Part shown: in pieces, positions 39,346 through 52,600 of the stretch | How positions within the stretch are numbered: position 1 is the stretch's first letter | Layout of the letters: each line of letters starts with the position of its first letter | DNA from: an uncultured Porphyromonadaceae bacterium | Lineage (GTDB): Bacteria > Bacteroidota > Bacteroidia > Bacteroidales > Muribaculaceae | Reading direction: 5' to 3' | Assembly: GCA_947643165.1 (NCBI GenBank) | Contig: CANRVB010000003.1 | Coordinates: 66,020 to 130,019 of the forward strand | DNA: 64,000 nucleotides | Translations under genes and position numbers: made by a program | Notes under the pieces: model-generated | The model's input: only the letters and a program-made list of their open reading frames with translations | Told to the model about the DNA's origin: nothing | Databases searched by the model: none

Positions 39346-39479
39346 ACTCCTTGTGTTTTTAGATAATACAAATACAGCACCTCATTAAGCACATCTTCCG
39401 ATTCCCCCTTGTAGATGGAACACAGATTGTGATTGGCCGGCACTACCGCCATTTTTATTTTGTCCGTTGCTACTCTCAT
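39342..39479 (-). CDS. Unannotated 45-aa small ORF coupled to the barrel gene
   Basis: MRVATDKIKMAVVPANHNLCSIYKGESEDVLNEVLYLYYLKTQGV*; its TGA overlaps the barrel ATG; TATATTTG promoter at 39504-39511. Confidence 0.5.
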   Translation of the reverse strand: MRVATDKIKMAVVPANHNLCSIYKGESEDVLNEVLYLYYLKTQGV

Positions 39480-39922
39480 AATTAATGGTTTTATGTGACT
39501 TTGCAAATATACTATCCGAAGCAGCGTTTCCCAAGCATTTATTGTTTTTTTTAAATTTATTTAACTTTGAAATTCGGTAGATAATTCATGGGGGGGGGTA
39601 AAACCGACAAAATGCAAGCAAATTTCTACCGTACAAGTCATTTTTTACCTAAAAGAGCTAAATTAATATCATTTCTCACACCACCCTCACTACTACGACT
39701 CATGCCAACTCTTACCAACGCTTACGTCCGACCGCAGCACTGCCACATCGGCAACCGCCTGTTGACTCACAGACCGGCATCCCGCATACCGCAGAACCCG
39801 GATTATTAAAAAAACACAAGAAAATAGTATCGGTTTATAAGTATTTATTTCGTTTTACGAAAATTTTATTGTAATTTCGCAGCTAATTTTAAAAATTCAC
39901 CAATTTATTACAGCACGATAGT

Positions 39923-41416
39923 ATGAGTGACAGACTATATATATTCGACACAACCTTGAGAGACGGCGAACAGGTGCCGGGATGCCAGCTCAACACCGTT
40001 GAGAAAATCGAGGTTGCAAAAAGCCTCGAAGATCTTGGCGTGGACGTGATCGAGGCAGGTTTTCCCGTATCAAGCCCGGGCGATTTCAACTCTGTGGTCG
40101 AAATCTCCAAGGCCGTCACGTGGCCTACAATTTGTGCGCTCACACGCGCTGTCGAAGGTGATATCCGCGTAGCGGCCGATGCGCTCAAATATGCCAAGCG
40201 CAAACGCATCCACACCGGTATCGGCACAAGCGATCCTCATATCAGATATAAGTTCAACAGCAACCGCGAGGAGATACTCGAACGCGCTGTGGCCGCCGTA
40301 AGCTACGCCAAGAAGTTTGTGGAAGACGTCCAGTTTTATGCCGAAGACGCAGGCCGTACCGACAACGAATACCTCGCCCGCGTCATCGAAGCCGTCATAA
40401 AGGCCGGCGCAACTGTCGTCAATATCCCCGACACCACCGGTTATTGCCTCCCCGAAGAGTTCAAGGCCAAGATAGAATATTTGGTCGAACACGTCGACGG
40501 TATCCATAAGGCCACAATAGCCACACACTGCCACAACGATCTGGGCATGGCCACCGCCAACACCGTCAGCGGCATTCTCGGTGGCGCACGTCAGGCCGAA
40601 GTGACCATCAACGGAATTGGCGAACGCGCCGGAAACACCTCACTCGAGGAGGTGGTCATGACATTCCGCTCGCACAAGGAGCTTGGAATCGAGACCAATA
40701 TCAACGCCACCCGCATCACATCGGTGAGCCGCATGGTCTCATCGCTCATGAATATGCCCGTGCAGCCCAACAAAGCCATTGTCGGACGCAACGCCTTCGC
40801 CCACTCCAGCGGTATACACCAGGACGGTGTGCTCAAAAACCGCGAGAGCTACGAGATCATCGACCCCAAGGATGTAGGCATCGACGAGAACTCGATCGTG
40901 CTGACCGCTCGATCCGGACGCGCGGCGCTCAAGCACCGTCTGCATGTGCTTGGTGTCGATCTCGACAAAGAGGCGCTCGACAAAGCATATGAGTCATTCC
41001 TCCGTCTGGCCGACAAAAAGAAAGAGATCAACGACGACGACGTTCTCATGATAGCCGGACAGCACCGCGCCAACCACCGCATCAAGCTCGACTTCCTGCA
41101 GGTCACATCGGGCGTCGGCATACACTCTGTCGCCTCAGTCGGCCTCGATATCGCCGGAGAGAAGTTTGAGGCATGCGCTTCGGGCAACGGCCCTGTCGAT
41201 GCCGCTATCTCCGCCATAAAGATCATCATACGGCGCACAATGCTTGTCAAGGAATTCCTCATCCAGGCAATCAACAAGGGCAGCAACGACGTAGGCAAGG
41301 TACACATGACCGTAGAACATGACGGACAGTGCTACTATGGATTCTCGGCCAATACCGACATTATAGCCGCCTCCGCCGAGGCGTTCATCGATGCTATCAA
41401 CAAATTTGTAAGATAA
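39923..41416 (+). CDS. leuA: 2-isopropylmalate synthase
   Basis: [28 protein letters not shown]. Confidence 0.95.
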   Translation: MSDRLYIFDTTLRDGEQVPGCQLNTVEKIEVAKSLEDLGVDVIEAGFPVSSPGDFNSVVEISKAVTWPTICALTRAVEGDIRVAADALKYAKRKRIHTGIGTSDPHIRYKFNSNREEILERAVAAVSYAKKFVEDVQFYAEDAGRTDNEYLARVIEAVIKAGATVVNIPDTTGYCLPEEFKAKIEYLVEHVDGIHKATIATHCHNDLGMATANTVSGILGGARQAEVTINGIGERAGNTSLEEVVMTFRSHKELGIETNINATRITSVSRMVSSLMNMPVQPNKAIVGRNAFAHSSGIHQDGVLKNRESYEIIDPKDVGIDENSIVLTARSGRAALKHRLHVLGVDLDKEALDKAYESFLRLADKKKEINDDDVLMIAGQHRANHRIKLDFLQVTSGVGIHSVASVGLDIAGEKFEACASGNGPVDAAISAIKIIIRRTMLVKEFLIQAINKGSNDVGKVHMTVEHDGQCYYGFSANTDIIAASAEAFIDAINKFVR

Positions 41417-41421
41417 GGCAA

Positions 41422-42819
41422 ATGGCAAACACTCTTTTCGAAAAAATATGGGATGCCCACGTGGTCAATTCTATCGACGGAGGTCCCATGCAATTATATA
41501 TCGACCGGCACTACTGCCATGAGGTCACCACTCCCCAGGCTTTCGACGGACTGCGCCGCCGCGGGCTCAAAGTCAGAAGACCCGACCGCACGGTCTGCTC
41601 CCCCGACCACAATATCCCCACTGAAGGACAGGACAAGGAAATCACTGACCCCGTATCGCGCAAGCAAATCGACACCCTCCTTGCCAACGCCAGGGTATTC
41701 GGACTGACTCTCTATGGCCTCATGCATCCGCTCAACGGCATAATCCATGTCATGGGTCCGGAAAACGGATTGACCCTGCCCGGATCGACAATCGTATGCG
41801 GCGACAGCCACACTTCCACCCATGGCGCATTCGGAGCCGTAGCCTTCGGTATCGGCACAAGCGAGGTCGAGATGGTGCTCGCAACTCAATGCATACTTCA
41901 GCCAAAGCCAAAAGCTATGCGCATAACCATTGACGGTCAGCTCAAACCGGGTGTCACAGCTAAAGATATAGCCCTCTATATCATAGCACAGATGACCACC
42001 GGCGGCGCGACCGGCTACTTCGTGGAATATGCCGGCGAAGCCATACGCTCGCTCAACATGGAAGAACGCATGACCGTCTGCAACCTCTCCATTGAGATGG
42101 GGGCACGCGGGGGTCTGATCGCTCCCGACGAAACCACTTTCAATTACATCAGAGGTCGCAGATTCGCCCCACAGGGTGAGGAACTCGACAAACTGATCGA
42201 ATACTGGCGCACCCTACCGAGCGGACCAGACGCTGTTTTCGACAAAGAGGTACGCTTCGATGCTTCCGATATCGAGCCGAGAGTTACTTTCGGCACAAAC
42301 CCCGGCATGGGCATAGGCATATCCGAGACAATTCCGGAGCCACCGACCGATCAGGCAGGTCGCGAAAGCTATATGAAAGCCCTTGAGTACATGAAATTCA
42401 AACCCGGACAACGGCTCACGGGAGAAAAAGTCGACTACGTATTTCTTGGAAGCTGCACCAACGGCCGCATAGAGGACTTCCGGACCTTCGCGGCTTACGT
42501 GCGCGGCAAGAAGAAACACCCCGACGTGACCGCATGGCTCGTCCCCGGATCCTGGAGCGTGAAGAAACAGATCGAGGATGAAGGCATCGACACCATTCTT
42601 GCCGATGCCGGCTTCCAGCTCCGCCAACCCGGTTGCTCCGCATGCCTTGCCATGAACCCCGACAAAGTTCCCGCCGGAAAGCTCGCTGTCAGCACAAGCA
42701 ACCGAAACTTCGAGGGCCGACAGGGTCCCGGCGCCCGCACCGTACTCGCCGGACCCCTCGTTGCAGCCGCGGCAGCTATACATGGAGTTATAACAGATCC
42801 TCGCGTCGACAACCAATAA
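41422..42819 (+). CDS. leuC: 3-isopropylmalate dehydratase large subunit
   Basis: [40 protein letters not shown]; start at MANTLFEK. Confidence 0.96.
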   Translation: MANTLFEKIWDAHVVNSIDGGPMQLYIDRHYCHEVTTPQAFDGLRRRGLKVRRPDRTVCSPDHNIPTEGQDKEITDPVSRKQIDTLLANARVFGLTLYGLMHPLNGIIHVMGPENGLTLPGSTIVCGDSHTSTHGAFGAVAFGIGTSEVEMVLATQCILQPKPKAMRITIDGQLKPGVTAKDIALYIIAQMTTGGATGYFVEYAGEAIRSLNMEERMTVCNLSIEMGARGGLIAPDETTFNYIRGRRFAPQGEELDKLIEYWRTLPSGPDAVFDKEVRFDASDIEPRVTFGTNPGMGIGISETIPEPPTDQAGRESYMKALEYMKFKPGQRLTGEKVDYVFLGSCTNGRIEDFRTFAAYVRGKKKHPDVTAWLVPGSWSVKKQIEDEGIDTILADAGFQLRQPGCSACLAMNPDKVPAGKLAVSTSNRNFEGRQGPGARTVLAGPLVAAAAAIHGVITDPRVDNQ

Positions 42820-42828
42820 CGCAGCAAA

Positions 42829-43428
42829 ATGAGCAAACAGAAATTCACCATACTCACATCCACCTGCGCCCCGCTGCCGGTGGAAAATGTAGACACCGAC
42901 CAGATCATACCGGCAAGATTCCTCAAATCGACAAGCCGCGAAGGTTTCGGGGACCATCTTTTCCATGACTGGCGTTACGACGAAAACGGCAACCCGAAAG
43001 CCGGATTTTCGCTCAATCGGCCCGAGCATCGGGAGGCAAAAATACTTGTCGCGGGCAAAAATTTCGGTTGCGGATCTTCGCGTGAGCATGCAGCCTGGGC
43101 CATAGCCGATTACGGGTTTCGGGCCGTTATTTCAAGTTTCTTCGCGGACATACATCGAAATAACGAGCTGAATAACTTCGTTTTACCCGTCACAGTTACC
43201 GATTTTTTCCTGAACGAGCTCCTCGGGACCATCGACCGCGATCCCGCCGCAAAAGTCACCATTGACCTTGAGAATCAGACAGTAACCAACCTCACGACCG
43301 GATCTTCCGAACATTTCGACATAAACCCCTACAAAAAGGAATGTCTGACCCGTGGTCTCGACGACATCGACTATCTGCTCGACCATTCCGCTGATATTGA
43401 GGAGTTTGAACGTCTTCATAACAAGTAA
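42829..43428 (+). CDS. leuD: 3-isopropylmalate dehydratase small subunit
   Basis: [24 protein letters not shown]. Confidence 0.96.
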   Translation: MSKQKFTILTSTCAPLPVENVDTDQIIPARFLKSTSREGFGDHLFHDWRYDENGNPKAGFSLNRPEHREAKILVAGKNFGCGSSREHAAWAIADYGFRAVISSFFADIHRNNELNNFVLPVTVTDFFLNELLGTIDRDPAAKVTIDLENQTVTNLTTGSSEHFDINPYKKECLTRGLDDIDYLLDHSADIEEFERLHNK

Positions 43429-43439
43429 TTTTCGACCCT

Positions 43440-44507
43440 ATGAAAACAAATCTCAAGATAGCGGTACTCCCCGGCGACGGCATAGGTCCGGAGATCTCGG
43501 CCGCTGGTATACAAGTACTTAAGGCCGCTTGCCGCAAGCACGGAATAACTTGTGAGCTGAACGAAGGACTCGTCGGAGCGGCGGCAATCGACGCCACCGG
43601 CCAACCATTTCCTGATCAGACACTTACACTGTGTCTCGACAGCGATGCCGTACTCTTCAGTTGCGTCGGACATCCCCGCTATGACAACGACCCCTCGGCA
43701 AAAGTTCGCCCCGAACAAGGACTGCTTGCAATGCGCAAAAAGCTTGGTTTATACGCAAATATACGACCGGTAAGCACATTCAGCTGCCTTCTCGACAAGT
43801 CTCCTTTGAAACGCGCACTGGTCGAGGGCGCCGATTTCGTATGCATACGCGAACTTACTGGCGGAATGTACTTTGGCGACAAATTTGAAGGCGAAGACCA
43901 TGCCTTCGATACCTGCAGCTACACCCGCGGCGAAATAGAACGCATACTCGATGTAGCTTTCAGATATGCGGAGCGCCGTAACCGCAGACTCACTATTGTC
44001 GACAAAGCCAATGTGTTAGCCACATCAAGACTATGGCGCCGTATAGGCAAGGAAATGGCGCCGTCGCATCCCGAAGTCAACACAGAATACATGTTTGTAG
44101 ACAATGCCGCGATGCGCATGGTGATCGAACCGACATATTTTGATGTGATCGTCACCGAAAACACTTTCGGTGACATACTTACAGATGAAGCAAGCGTGAT
44201 AAGCGGCTCCATGGGACTGCTGCCATCTGCTTCGATCGGCGAGAGCACACCGGTATTCGAACCTATACACGGATCATGGCCGCAGGCAGCCGGAAAAAAT
44301 ATAGCTAACCCGCTGGCACAGATACTGTCAGCAGCCATGTTGCTTGAACATTTCGACCTGAACGATGCCGCCGACGACATACGCCGCGCCGTACAGGCCT
44401 CACTTGACGAATATGTCCGCACACCCGACATTCAGGAAGCCGGCCGTCAGGCTTATGGAACCCGCGAGGTAGGCGCCTGGATCGCTGAGCGCATTGAGAA
44501 CCAATGA
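43440..44507 (+). CDS. leuB: 3-isopropylmalate dehydrogenase
   Basis: [29 protein letters not shown]. Confidence 0.96.
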   Translation: MKTNLKIAVLPGDGIGPEISAAGIQVLKAACRKHGITCELNEGLVGAAAIDATGQPFPDQTLTLCLDSDAVLFSCVGHPRYDNDPSAKVRPEQGLLAMRKKLGLYANIRPVSTFSCLLDKSPLKRALVEGADFVCIRELTGGMYFGDKFEGEDHAFDTCSYTRGEIERILDVAFRYAERRNRRLTIVDKANVLATSRLWRRIGKEMAPSHPEVNTEYMFVDNAAMRMVIEPTYFDVIVTENTFGDILTDEASVISGSMGLLPSASIGESTPVFEPIHGSWPQAAGKNIANPLAQILSAAMLLEHFDLNDAADDIRRAVQASLDEYVRTPDIQEAGRQAYGTREVGAWIAERIENQ

Positions 44508-44537
44508 ACTAACCCAGCATAAATACACAATGCATCC

Positions 44538-44579
44538 CGGCGGAAATGTTCACGGCAAGTGAGCATTTCCGCCGATTTT
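44538..44579 (+). terminator. Terminator of the leu operon
   Basis: CGGCGGAAATGTTCAC-GGCAA-GTGAGCATTTCCGCCG followed by ATTTT. Confidence 0.7.
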
Positions 44580-44639
44580 CATGAACCTGACATGATGCAG
44601 TGTGTTATAACTTAAGTGACATAAAAAGCGCCAGGACAA

Positions 44640-44680
44640 CTGCCAAAATGGCAGTTCGGGCGTTTGGCACAAAAAATGCT
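44640..44680 (+). promoter_or_regulatory. Sigma54-type promoter plus palindromic site upstream of groES
   Basis: CTGCCAAAATGGCAG (44640-44654) then TTTGGCACAAAAAATGCT (44663-44680; GG-N10-GC). Confidence 0.65.
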
Positions 44681-44756
44681 ATTCAATAACAGGAAGCCCA
44701 CAGCTCCCACAATACAGACAAGAAACAAACATAACCAATAATAAAACGAAACAGAT

Positions 44757-45029
44757 ATGAATATCAGACCATTAGCCGACCGTGTGCTCATCAAGCCCAC
44801 ACCAGCAGAAGAAGTAACTATGGCAGGCATCATCATTCCTGATTCAGCCAAGGAAAAACCTCTGAAAGGCGAAGTTCTTTCTGCCGGCAACGGCACCAAG
44901 GACGAGGAGATGGTTGTAAAGGCCGGTGACACTGTTCTTTACGGCAAATATGCCGGAACTGAAGTCGAGATCGACGGCGAAAAGCTGCTGATCATGCGTC
45001 AAAGTGACATTCTCGCCATAATCGACTGA
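44757..45029 (+). CDS. groES: Co-chaperonin GroES
   Basis: [29 protein letters not shown]. Confidence 0.97.
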   Translation: MNIRPLADRVLIKPTPAEEVTMAGIIIPDSAKEKPLKGEVLSAGNGTKDEEMVVKAGDTVLYGKYAGTEVEIDGEKLLIMRQSDILAIID

Positions 45030-45072
45030 CAAACCGCGACCCTTACAAATCAATCTGATAAAGAACATCTAA

Positions 45073-46728
<1,656 letters not shown>

Positions 46729-46771
46729 TATCGGTCGAACCCGAACACCAAACCACGAAATCAATATACCG

Positions 46772-46807
46772 GAAAAGCGTTATTGAGGAAACTCAATGGC
46801 GCTTTTC
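46772..46807 (+). terminator. Terminator after groEL
   Basis: GAAAAGCGTTATTGAG-GAAA-CTCAATGGCGCTTTTC. Confidence 0.7.
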
Positions 46808-46926
46808 TGCTATAATCGGCAAACAAAATATATAGGAGAAGCGTTTAACAATCAGAAACACCGATTGACAGTTATCAACTATCCCGGTAATTCCAGCATC
46901 AAGTTCATCTTTAATTCACTATTAAA

Positions 46927-47403
46927 ATGAAAAAGTTATTAGTCAGCCTTACAGCTGCCCTTTCCATACTTCTTGTATCATGCAGCGGAGGCGCCGACAA
47001 CGCCCGCGAGGCATGCAAGGCCGCTGAAAAAGGGGATGTAGCACACGCAATTGAATATGCCGACAAGGCATACAAGGATTTCGATCGACTCAACACGGAC
47101 GCATTATGCAGGCTTGCAGCAAGTTATGCCGTGATCACGCTAAACACAGGTGACCAACAGATGGCTGACCGCTTCCAGCAGTGCTACAAGGCTTCGTTGA
47201 ACACCAACCCTCAGGAAGCTGAGAAAATATATGCGGAACTCGACCCGCAGATGGCCGACGGACTCGCTATAATATCGGGACTCCTTGAAGGCCGCGACAA
47301 CTTCTCGACTGTCGGCACCGACCACCAGCAGCCTGATCCTCAACGCGACTCCGCAGAAGCAGAGGAGGCTGAGATAGCAAACGAGGGTCTCGCCCTTGAT
47401 TGA
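46927..47403 (+). CDS. Hypothetical helical lipoprotein
   Basis: MKKLL..LVSC lipobox, acidic tail. Confidence 0.75.
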   Translation: MKKLLVSLTAALSILLVSCSGGADNAREACKAAEKGDVAHAIEYADKAYKDFDRLNTDALCRLAASYAVITLNTGDQQMADRFQQCYKASLNTNPQEAEKIYAELDPQMADGLAIISGLLEGRDNFSTVGTDHQQPDPQRDSAEAEEAEIANEGLALD

Positions 47404-47588
47404 TAAAACAAACGCGATCCTTGACTGTTTGACAGGCCAACGGATTTCGAAAGATATAGATTGCCATTGATTTTTGTTATTGTTAGTATTTGTTTTGTTA
47501 CTTCACGCATCTCCGTTGCCGACTCCGCCGATGGCGTTGGCAACGGAACTATGTGTATCTGACAAACATTGAAATATAATTTTACACC

Positions 47589-48344
47589 ATGAGGCAGAAA
47601 ACCGTAAAACAGACACTGCTCGACCGTCGCAGCATACGACGGTATGAGCGCGAAGAGATCCCATCGAAAACGATGGATCTGATATATGATGCCATACGCA
47701 ACACCCCTACAAGCTACAACGGCCAGCAGTATTCGGTGATAGATGTAAGCGACCAGGAAGTAAAGCTAAAACTCTACGACATAATAGGCCAAAAACAGAT
47801 AAAGACGTGCAGTCATTTTCTTGTGTTTCTCGCCGACTTTCACAAGATAGGCCTTATAGCCCATATGAAAGGTATAGAAATGCCTCCGTTCACTTCGACC
47901 GCCGATGGAGTGATAGTTGGAGTTGTCGACGCGGCGTTGGCAATGATGAGCGCAGTCGTAGCAGCCGAATCGGAAGGTCTCGGAACATGTTGCATAGGAT
48001 ATGCCCGTACAGCCAATCCTGAGGCTGTGGCCGAGGTTCTCGGATTGCCTAAGGGGACATTTGCCGTGTGCGGTCTTGCCCTCGGCATACCACGCGAACT
48101 GCCGGATCTAAAACCCAAGCAGCAGAAAGGTCTGACAATATTCTCCAACAAGTATCCGTCAGATCAGGCTCTGGAGCCGCAGTTGGCTGCATATGATGAT
48201 GTTATATCAGAGTATAACATGACACGTTCGGGAAGCACCACTACAAACGACTGGGGCGCCCATATCATAAGCTACTATAAAGAGGCGATGTCGTACAGAA
48301 TACTGGAAGCATTGCGCCGTCAGGGCTTCGACATAACCCGATAG
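47589..48344 (+). CDS. Nitroreductase / NADPH-flavin reductase (NfsA-like)
   Basis: RRSIRRY, PTSYNGQ, ESEGLGTCCIG, KPK. Confidence 0.9.
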   Translation: MRQKTVKQTLLDRRSIRRYEREEIPSKTMDLIYDAIRNTPTSYNGQQYSVIDVSDQEVKLKLYDIIGQKQIKTCSHFLVFLADFHKIGLIAHMKGIEMPPFTSTADGVIVGVVDAALAMMSAVVAAESEGLGTCCIGYARTANPEAVAEVLGLPKGTFAVCGLALGIPRELPDLKPKQQKGLTIFSNKYPSDQALEPQLAAYDDVISEYNMTRSGSTTTNDWGAHIISYYKEAMSYRILEALRRQGFDITR

Positions 48345-48572
48345 AATATAACACACCTCACACTATCATCACCACCGGTCGGACAGTCCAATACGACGCT
48401 GACCGGTGGTGATAGTTTTATGGTATAAAAAAGGATTGTTTCAGATTTACAGGACCAAAATGACCCGATATAGGTCATGAGTGAAATATTTTGCTTATCT
48501 TTGTAAGGTTTTTCGGCGAGGATTGAAGTCCGGAAGGCCATATAACTTCCCATCTATCACACTATCAATCGT

Positions 48573-49643
48573 ATGCGAGAGACAAAGCGCGCTGTATTGG
48601 TGCTTGAAGACGGCACCACATTTGAAGGCCGATCGTTTGGCTACGAGGCATCGACAGCCGGAGAAGTAGTGTTTAACACTGCGATGACCGGATATCCTGA
48701 AAGCCTCACCGACCCATCGTATGAGGGTCAGATCCTTGTAACGACCTATCCGATCCTCGGCAACTATGGCGTGCCTCCCCGCCGGACCAAAGATCAGGTC
48801 AGCGAGTACATGGAGGGCGACCGCATCCACTGCAAGGCAATAGTAGCCCAGGACTACAGTTTCCACCACTCACACTGGCAGGCCGAACGCTCACTTGCCG
48901 ACTGGCTCAAGGATGAGAAGATTCCTGGCATTTACGGAATAGACACCCGCGCACTGACCAAACATCTGCGTGAGAAGGGCTCGATGCTCGGTAAGATCAT
49001 AGTTGAAGGCTGTGAGGAACCGGAGACTTACGATCCGAACAAAGAGAATCTGGTAGCCAAAGTAAGCTGCAAGGAAGTGGAGGAACACGGACACGGTGAC
49101 AAAACCGTAGTGCTTGTTGACTGCGGAGTGAAGCACAACATAATACGTTGTCTGACCCGCCGCGGAGTAAAGGTGATCCGTGTACCCTGGGATTATGATT
49201 TCAACACAATCAACTACGACGGCCTCTTCATAAGCAACGGCCCCGGTGATCCTGACTTCGCACAGGCTACAGTCGACAACATCCGCAAGGCCATAGAGAA
49301 GGGCAAACCAATATGCGGAATATGCATGGGCAACCAGCTTTTGAGCAAGGCTGCCGGAGCAAAGACCTACAAGCTGAAATATGGACACCGCAGCCACAAT
49401 CAGCCGGTAATGCAGGTTGGCACCACCCGGTGCTTCGTGACATCGCAGAACCACGGATTTGCAGTAGACCAGACTACACTTCCGAGTGACTGGGAACCGC
49501 TGTTCGTCAACATGAACGACGGTACCAACGAAGGAATACGCCATAAGACAAAGCCGTTTTTCTCGGCACAGTTCCACCCTGAAGCAAGCAGCGGCCCGAA
49601 AGACACGGAGTTCCTGTTTGACGATTTTATCAAACTCCTTTAA
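48573..49643 (+). CDS. carA: Carbamoyl-phosphate synthase small subunit
   Basis: GEVVFNT.MTGY, SNGPGDP, GICMGNQ, QFHPE. Confidence 0.96.
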   Translation: MRETKRAVLVLEDGTTFEGRSFGYEASTAGEVVFNTAMTGYPESLTDPSYEGQILVTTYPILGNYGVPPRRTKDQVSEYMEGDRIHCKAIVAQDYSFHHSHWQAERSLADWLKDEKIPGIYGIDTRALTKHLREKGSMLGKIIVEGCEEPETYDPNKENLVAKVSCKEVEEHGHGDKTVVLVDCGVKHNIIRCLTRRGVKVIRVPWDYDFNTINYDGLFISNGPGDPDFAQATVDNIRKAIEKGKPICGICMGNQLLSKAAGAKTYKLKYGHRSHNQPVMQVGTTRCFVTSQNHGFAVDQTTLPSDWEPLFVNMNDGTNEGIRHKTKPFFSAQFHPEASSGPKDTEFLFDDFIKLL

Positions 49644-49658
49644 GCCCCACCAACAGAT

Positions 49659-52600
49659 ATGAATATCGACCCGACAATAAAAAAGGTGTTGCTGCTGGGC
49701 AGCGGCGCCCTCAAAATAGGCGAAGCCGGCGAGTTTGACTACAGCGGTTCGCAGGCCCTTAAAGCAATGAAGGAGGAGGGCATCTCGACGGTGCTCATCA
49801 ATCCCAACATAGCCACAGTGCAGACCAGCGACGGTTTTGCAGACAAGATATACTTTCTACCCGTCACAGCCGACTTCGTAGAAAAGGTTATCAAAAAGGA
49901 ACGCCCCGACGGTATCCTGCTGGCATTCGGCGGACAGACCGCGCTCAACTGCGGAGTAGAGCTCTACCGTAAAGGAATACTCGAGAAATACAACGTGAAG
50001 GTGCTCGGCACTCCTGTCCAGGCCATCATGGATACCGAGGACCGCGAGCTCTTCGTGAAGAAACTCGACGAGATCGATGTTAAGACCATCAAGAGCGAGG
50101 CTGTGGAGAGCATTGCCGATGCAAAGCGTGCGGCGGCCGAACTTGGCTATCCGGTGATCGTACGTGCGGCATACGCACTCGGAGGACTCGGCAGCGGATT
50201 CTGCGACAACGAGGAGGAGCTGGTGGCTCTGACAGAAAAGGCGCTCTCATTCTCACCGCAGGTGCTGGTAGAGAAATCGCTGAAAGGCTGGAAAGAGGTA
50301 GAATATGAGGTAGTTCGCGACCGTTTTGACAACTGCATAACGGTCTGCAACATGGAGAACTTCGATCCACTGGGCATACACACCGGTGAGAGTATAGTCG
50401 TAGCTCCATCGCAGACACTCAGCAACGAAGACTACCACTATCTGCGCAAACTGGCCATAAAGATCATACGTCATATCGGCATAGTAGGCGAATGTAACGT
50501 TCAGTATGCATTTGACCCGGAGTCCATGGACTACCGCGTGATCGAAGTGAATGCCCGCCTGAGCCGTTCGTCGGCACTTGCATCCAAAGCCACCGGATAC
50601 CCCCTGGCCTTTGTGGCTGCCAAACTCGGACTGGGATACGGTCTGTTCGACCTGAAGAACTCAGTGACCAAAGAGACTTCGGCATTTTTTGAACCAGCAC
50701 TCGACTACATAGTCTGCAAGATCCCGCGCTGGGACCTCGGCAAGTTCCACGGTGTGAGACGCGAGATCGGCTCATCGATGAAGTCGGTAGGCGAGGTTAT
50801 GGCTATAGGCCGTACATTTGAAGAGGTGATACAGAAAGGCCTGCGCATGATAGGCCAGGGTATGCACGGATTTGTAGGCAACAAGCCCATAAACACACCC
50901 GACATAGACAAGGCATTGTCGGAACCGACCGACAAGCGCATATTCGTCATAGCGCAGGCTATGAAAGAGGGCTACAGTGTTGACCGCATCCACGATCTGA
51001 CAAAGATCGACAAATGGTTTCTGTACCGTCTGCAAAACATAATGACCACAGCCGATGAGCTTGCCCTTGCAAATAGCCTCGATGAGGTAGCTCCAGCTCT
51101 TCTGCGACAGGCCAAAGAACAAGGTTTCAGCGACTTCCAGGTAGCCCGTGCCGTCCTTAAGGACAACATGACCAATGCCGAAGAAGCAAGTTCTGAGGTT
51201 AGAAAGTTGCGCAAGGCCAACGGTATCGTGCCTGTAGTGAAGCAGATAGATACACTGGCCGCCGAATATCCGGCCCAGACCAACTATCTCTATCTGACCT
51301 ACAACGGATCGAAAAACGACATAGACTACGAAAACGACAACAAGTCGATAGTCGTGCTCGGCTCCGGAGCCTACCGCATAGGCAGCTCGGTAGAGTTTGA
51401 CTGGTGTTCGGTTAACGCCCTGCTTACCGTCAAGCAGCAGGGATGGCGTTCGGTAATGATCAACTACAACCCTGAGACAGTATCGACCGACTACGATATG
51501 TGCGACCGTCTTTACTTCGACGAGCTCACATTTGAACGCGTGATGGATATTCTCGATCTGGAGCAGCCTCATGGCACTATCCTGTCGGTAGGTGGCCAGA
51601 TACCCAACAACCTGGCTATGCGTCTTGACGCCGAGCATATCAACATACTTGGTACAACCGCCAAGTCGATCGACAATGCCGAGGACCGCAACAAATTCTC
51701 GGAGATGCTCGACCGCCTGAAGATAGACCAGCCCAGATGGCGTGAGCTGACCAGCCTTGCCGACATCAACAAATTCATAGACGAGGTTGGCTTCCCTGTA
51801 TTGGTAAGACCCAGCTACGTGCTTTCGGGTGCAGCCATGAACGTTTGCTCCAATCCTGAAGAGCTTGAACGCTTCCTGCGCCTTGCGGCAAACGTGTCGA
51901 AACAGCATCCGGTGGTTGTGACCGAATTCATCCAGAACGCCAAGGAGATTGAGATGGATGCTGTAGCCCAGAACGGTGAAATCAAAGTATATGCCATAAG
52001 CGAACACATAGAATTTGCTGGCGTACACTCGGGCGACGCCACCATACAGTTCCCTCCACAGAAGCTGTATGTCGAGACCATGCGCCGCATCAAAAAGGTA
52101 TCATCGCAGATAGCTAAGGCACTCAACATATCCGGTCCGTTCAACATCCAGTTCCTGGCCAAGAACAACGATATCAAGGTGATCGAGTGCAACCTGCGTG
52201 CATCGCGCAGTTTCCCGTTTGTTTCAAAGGTCCTGAAGATCAACTTCATCGATCTGGCTACACGCGTGATGCTTGGAATGGATGTGGAAAAGCCGAAGAA
52301 GAATGCTTTCGACCTTGACTATGTAGGCATAAAGGCATCGCAATTCAGCTTCTCACGCCTGCAAGGTGCCGATCCGGTACTCGGTGTAGACATGTCATCG
52401 ACCGGCGAGGTAGGATGCATCGGCATGGATACATCCGAGGCCATACTGAAAGCAATGCTGTCGGTGGGCATGCGTATACCCAAGAAAGGCGTGCTGCTCT
52501 CTACTGGTACACCCAAGCAGAAAGCCGACATGCTTGAATCTGCCCACAAGCTCCACAACAAGGGATACCGCATATATGCCACAGGCGGCACACACCGCTT

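Noticed and set aside
39680-39922. Possible leucine attenuator before leuA (CTA CTA CGA CTC run)
   Set aside because: No short Leu-rich leader ORF with a terminator/antiterminator pair; a promoter-like TAATTTCG lies downstream of it, near leuA.
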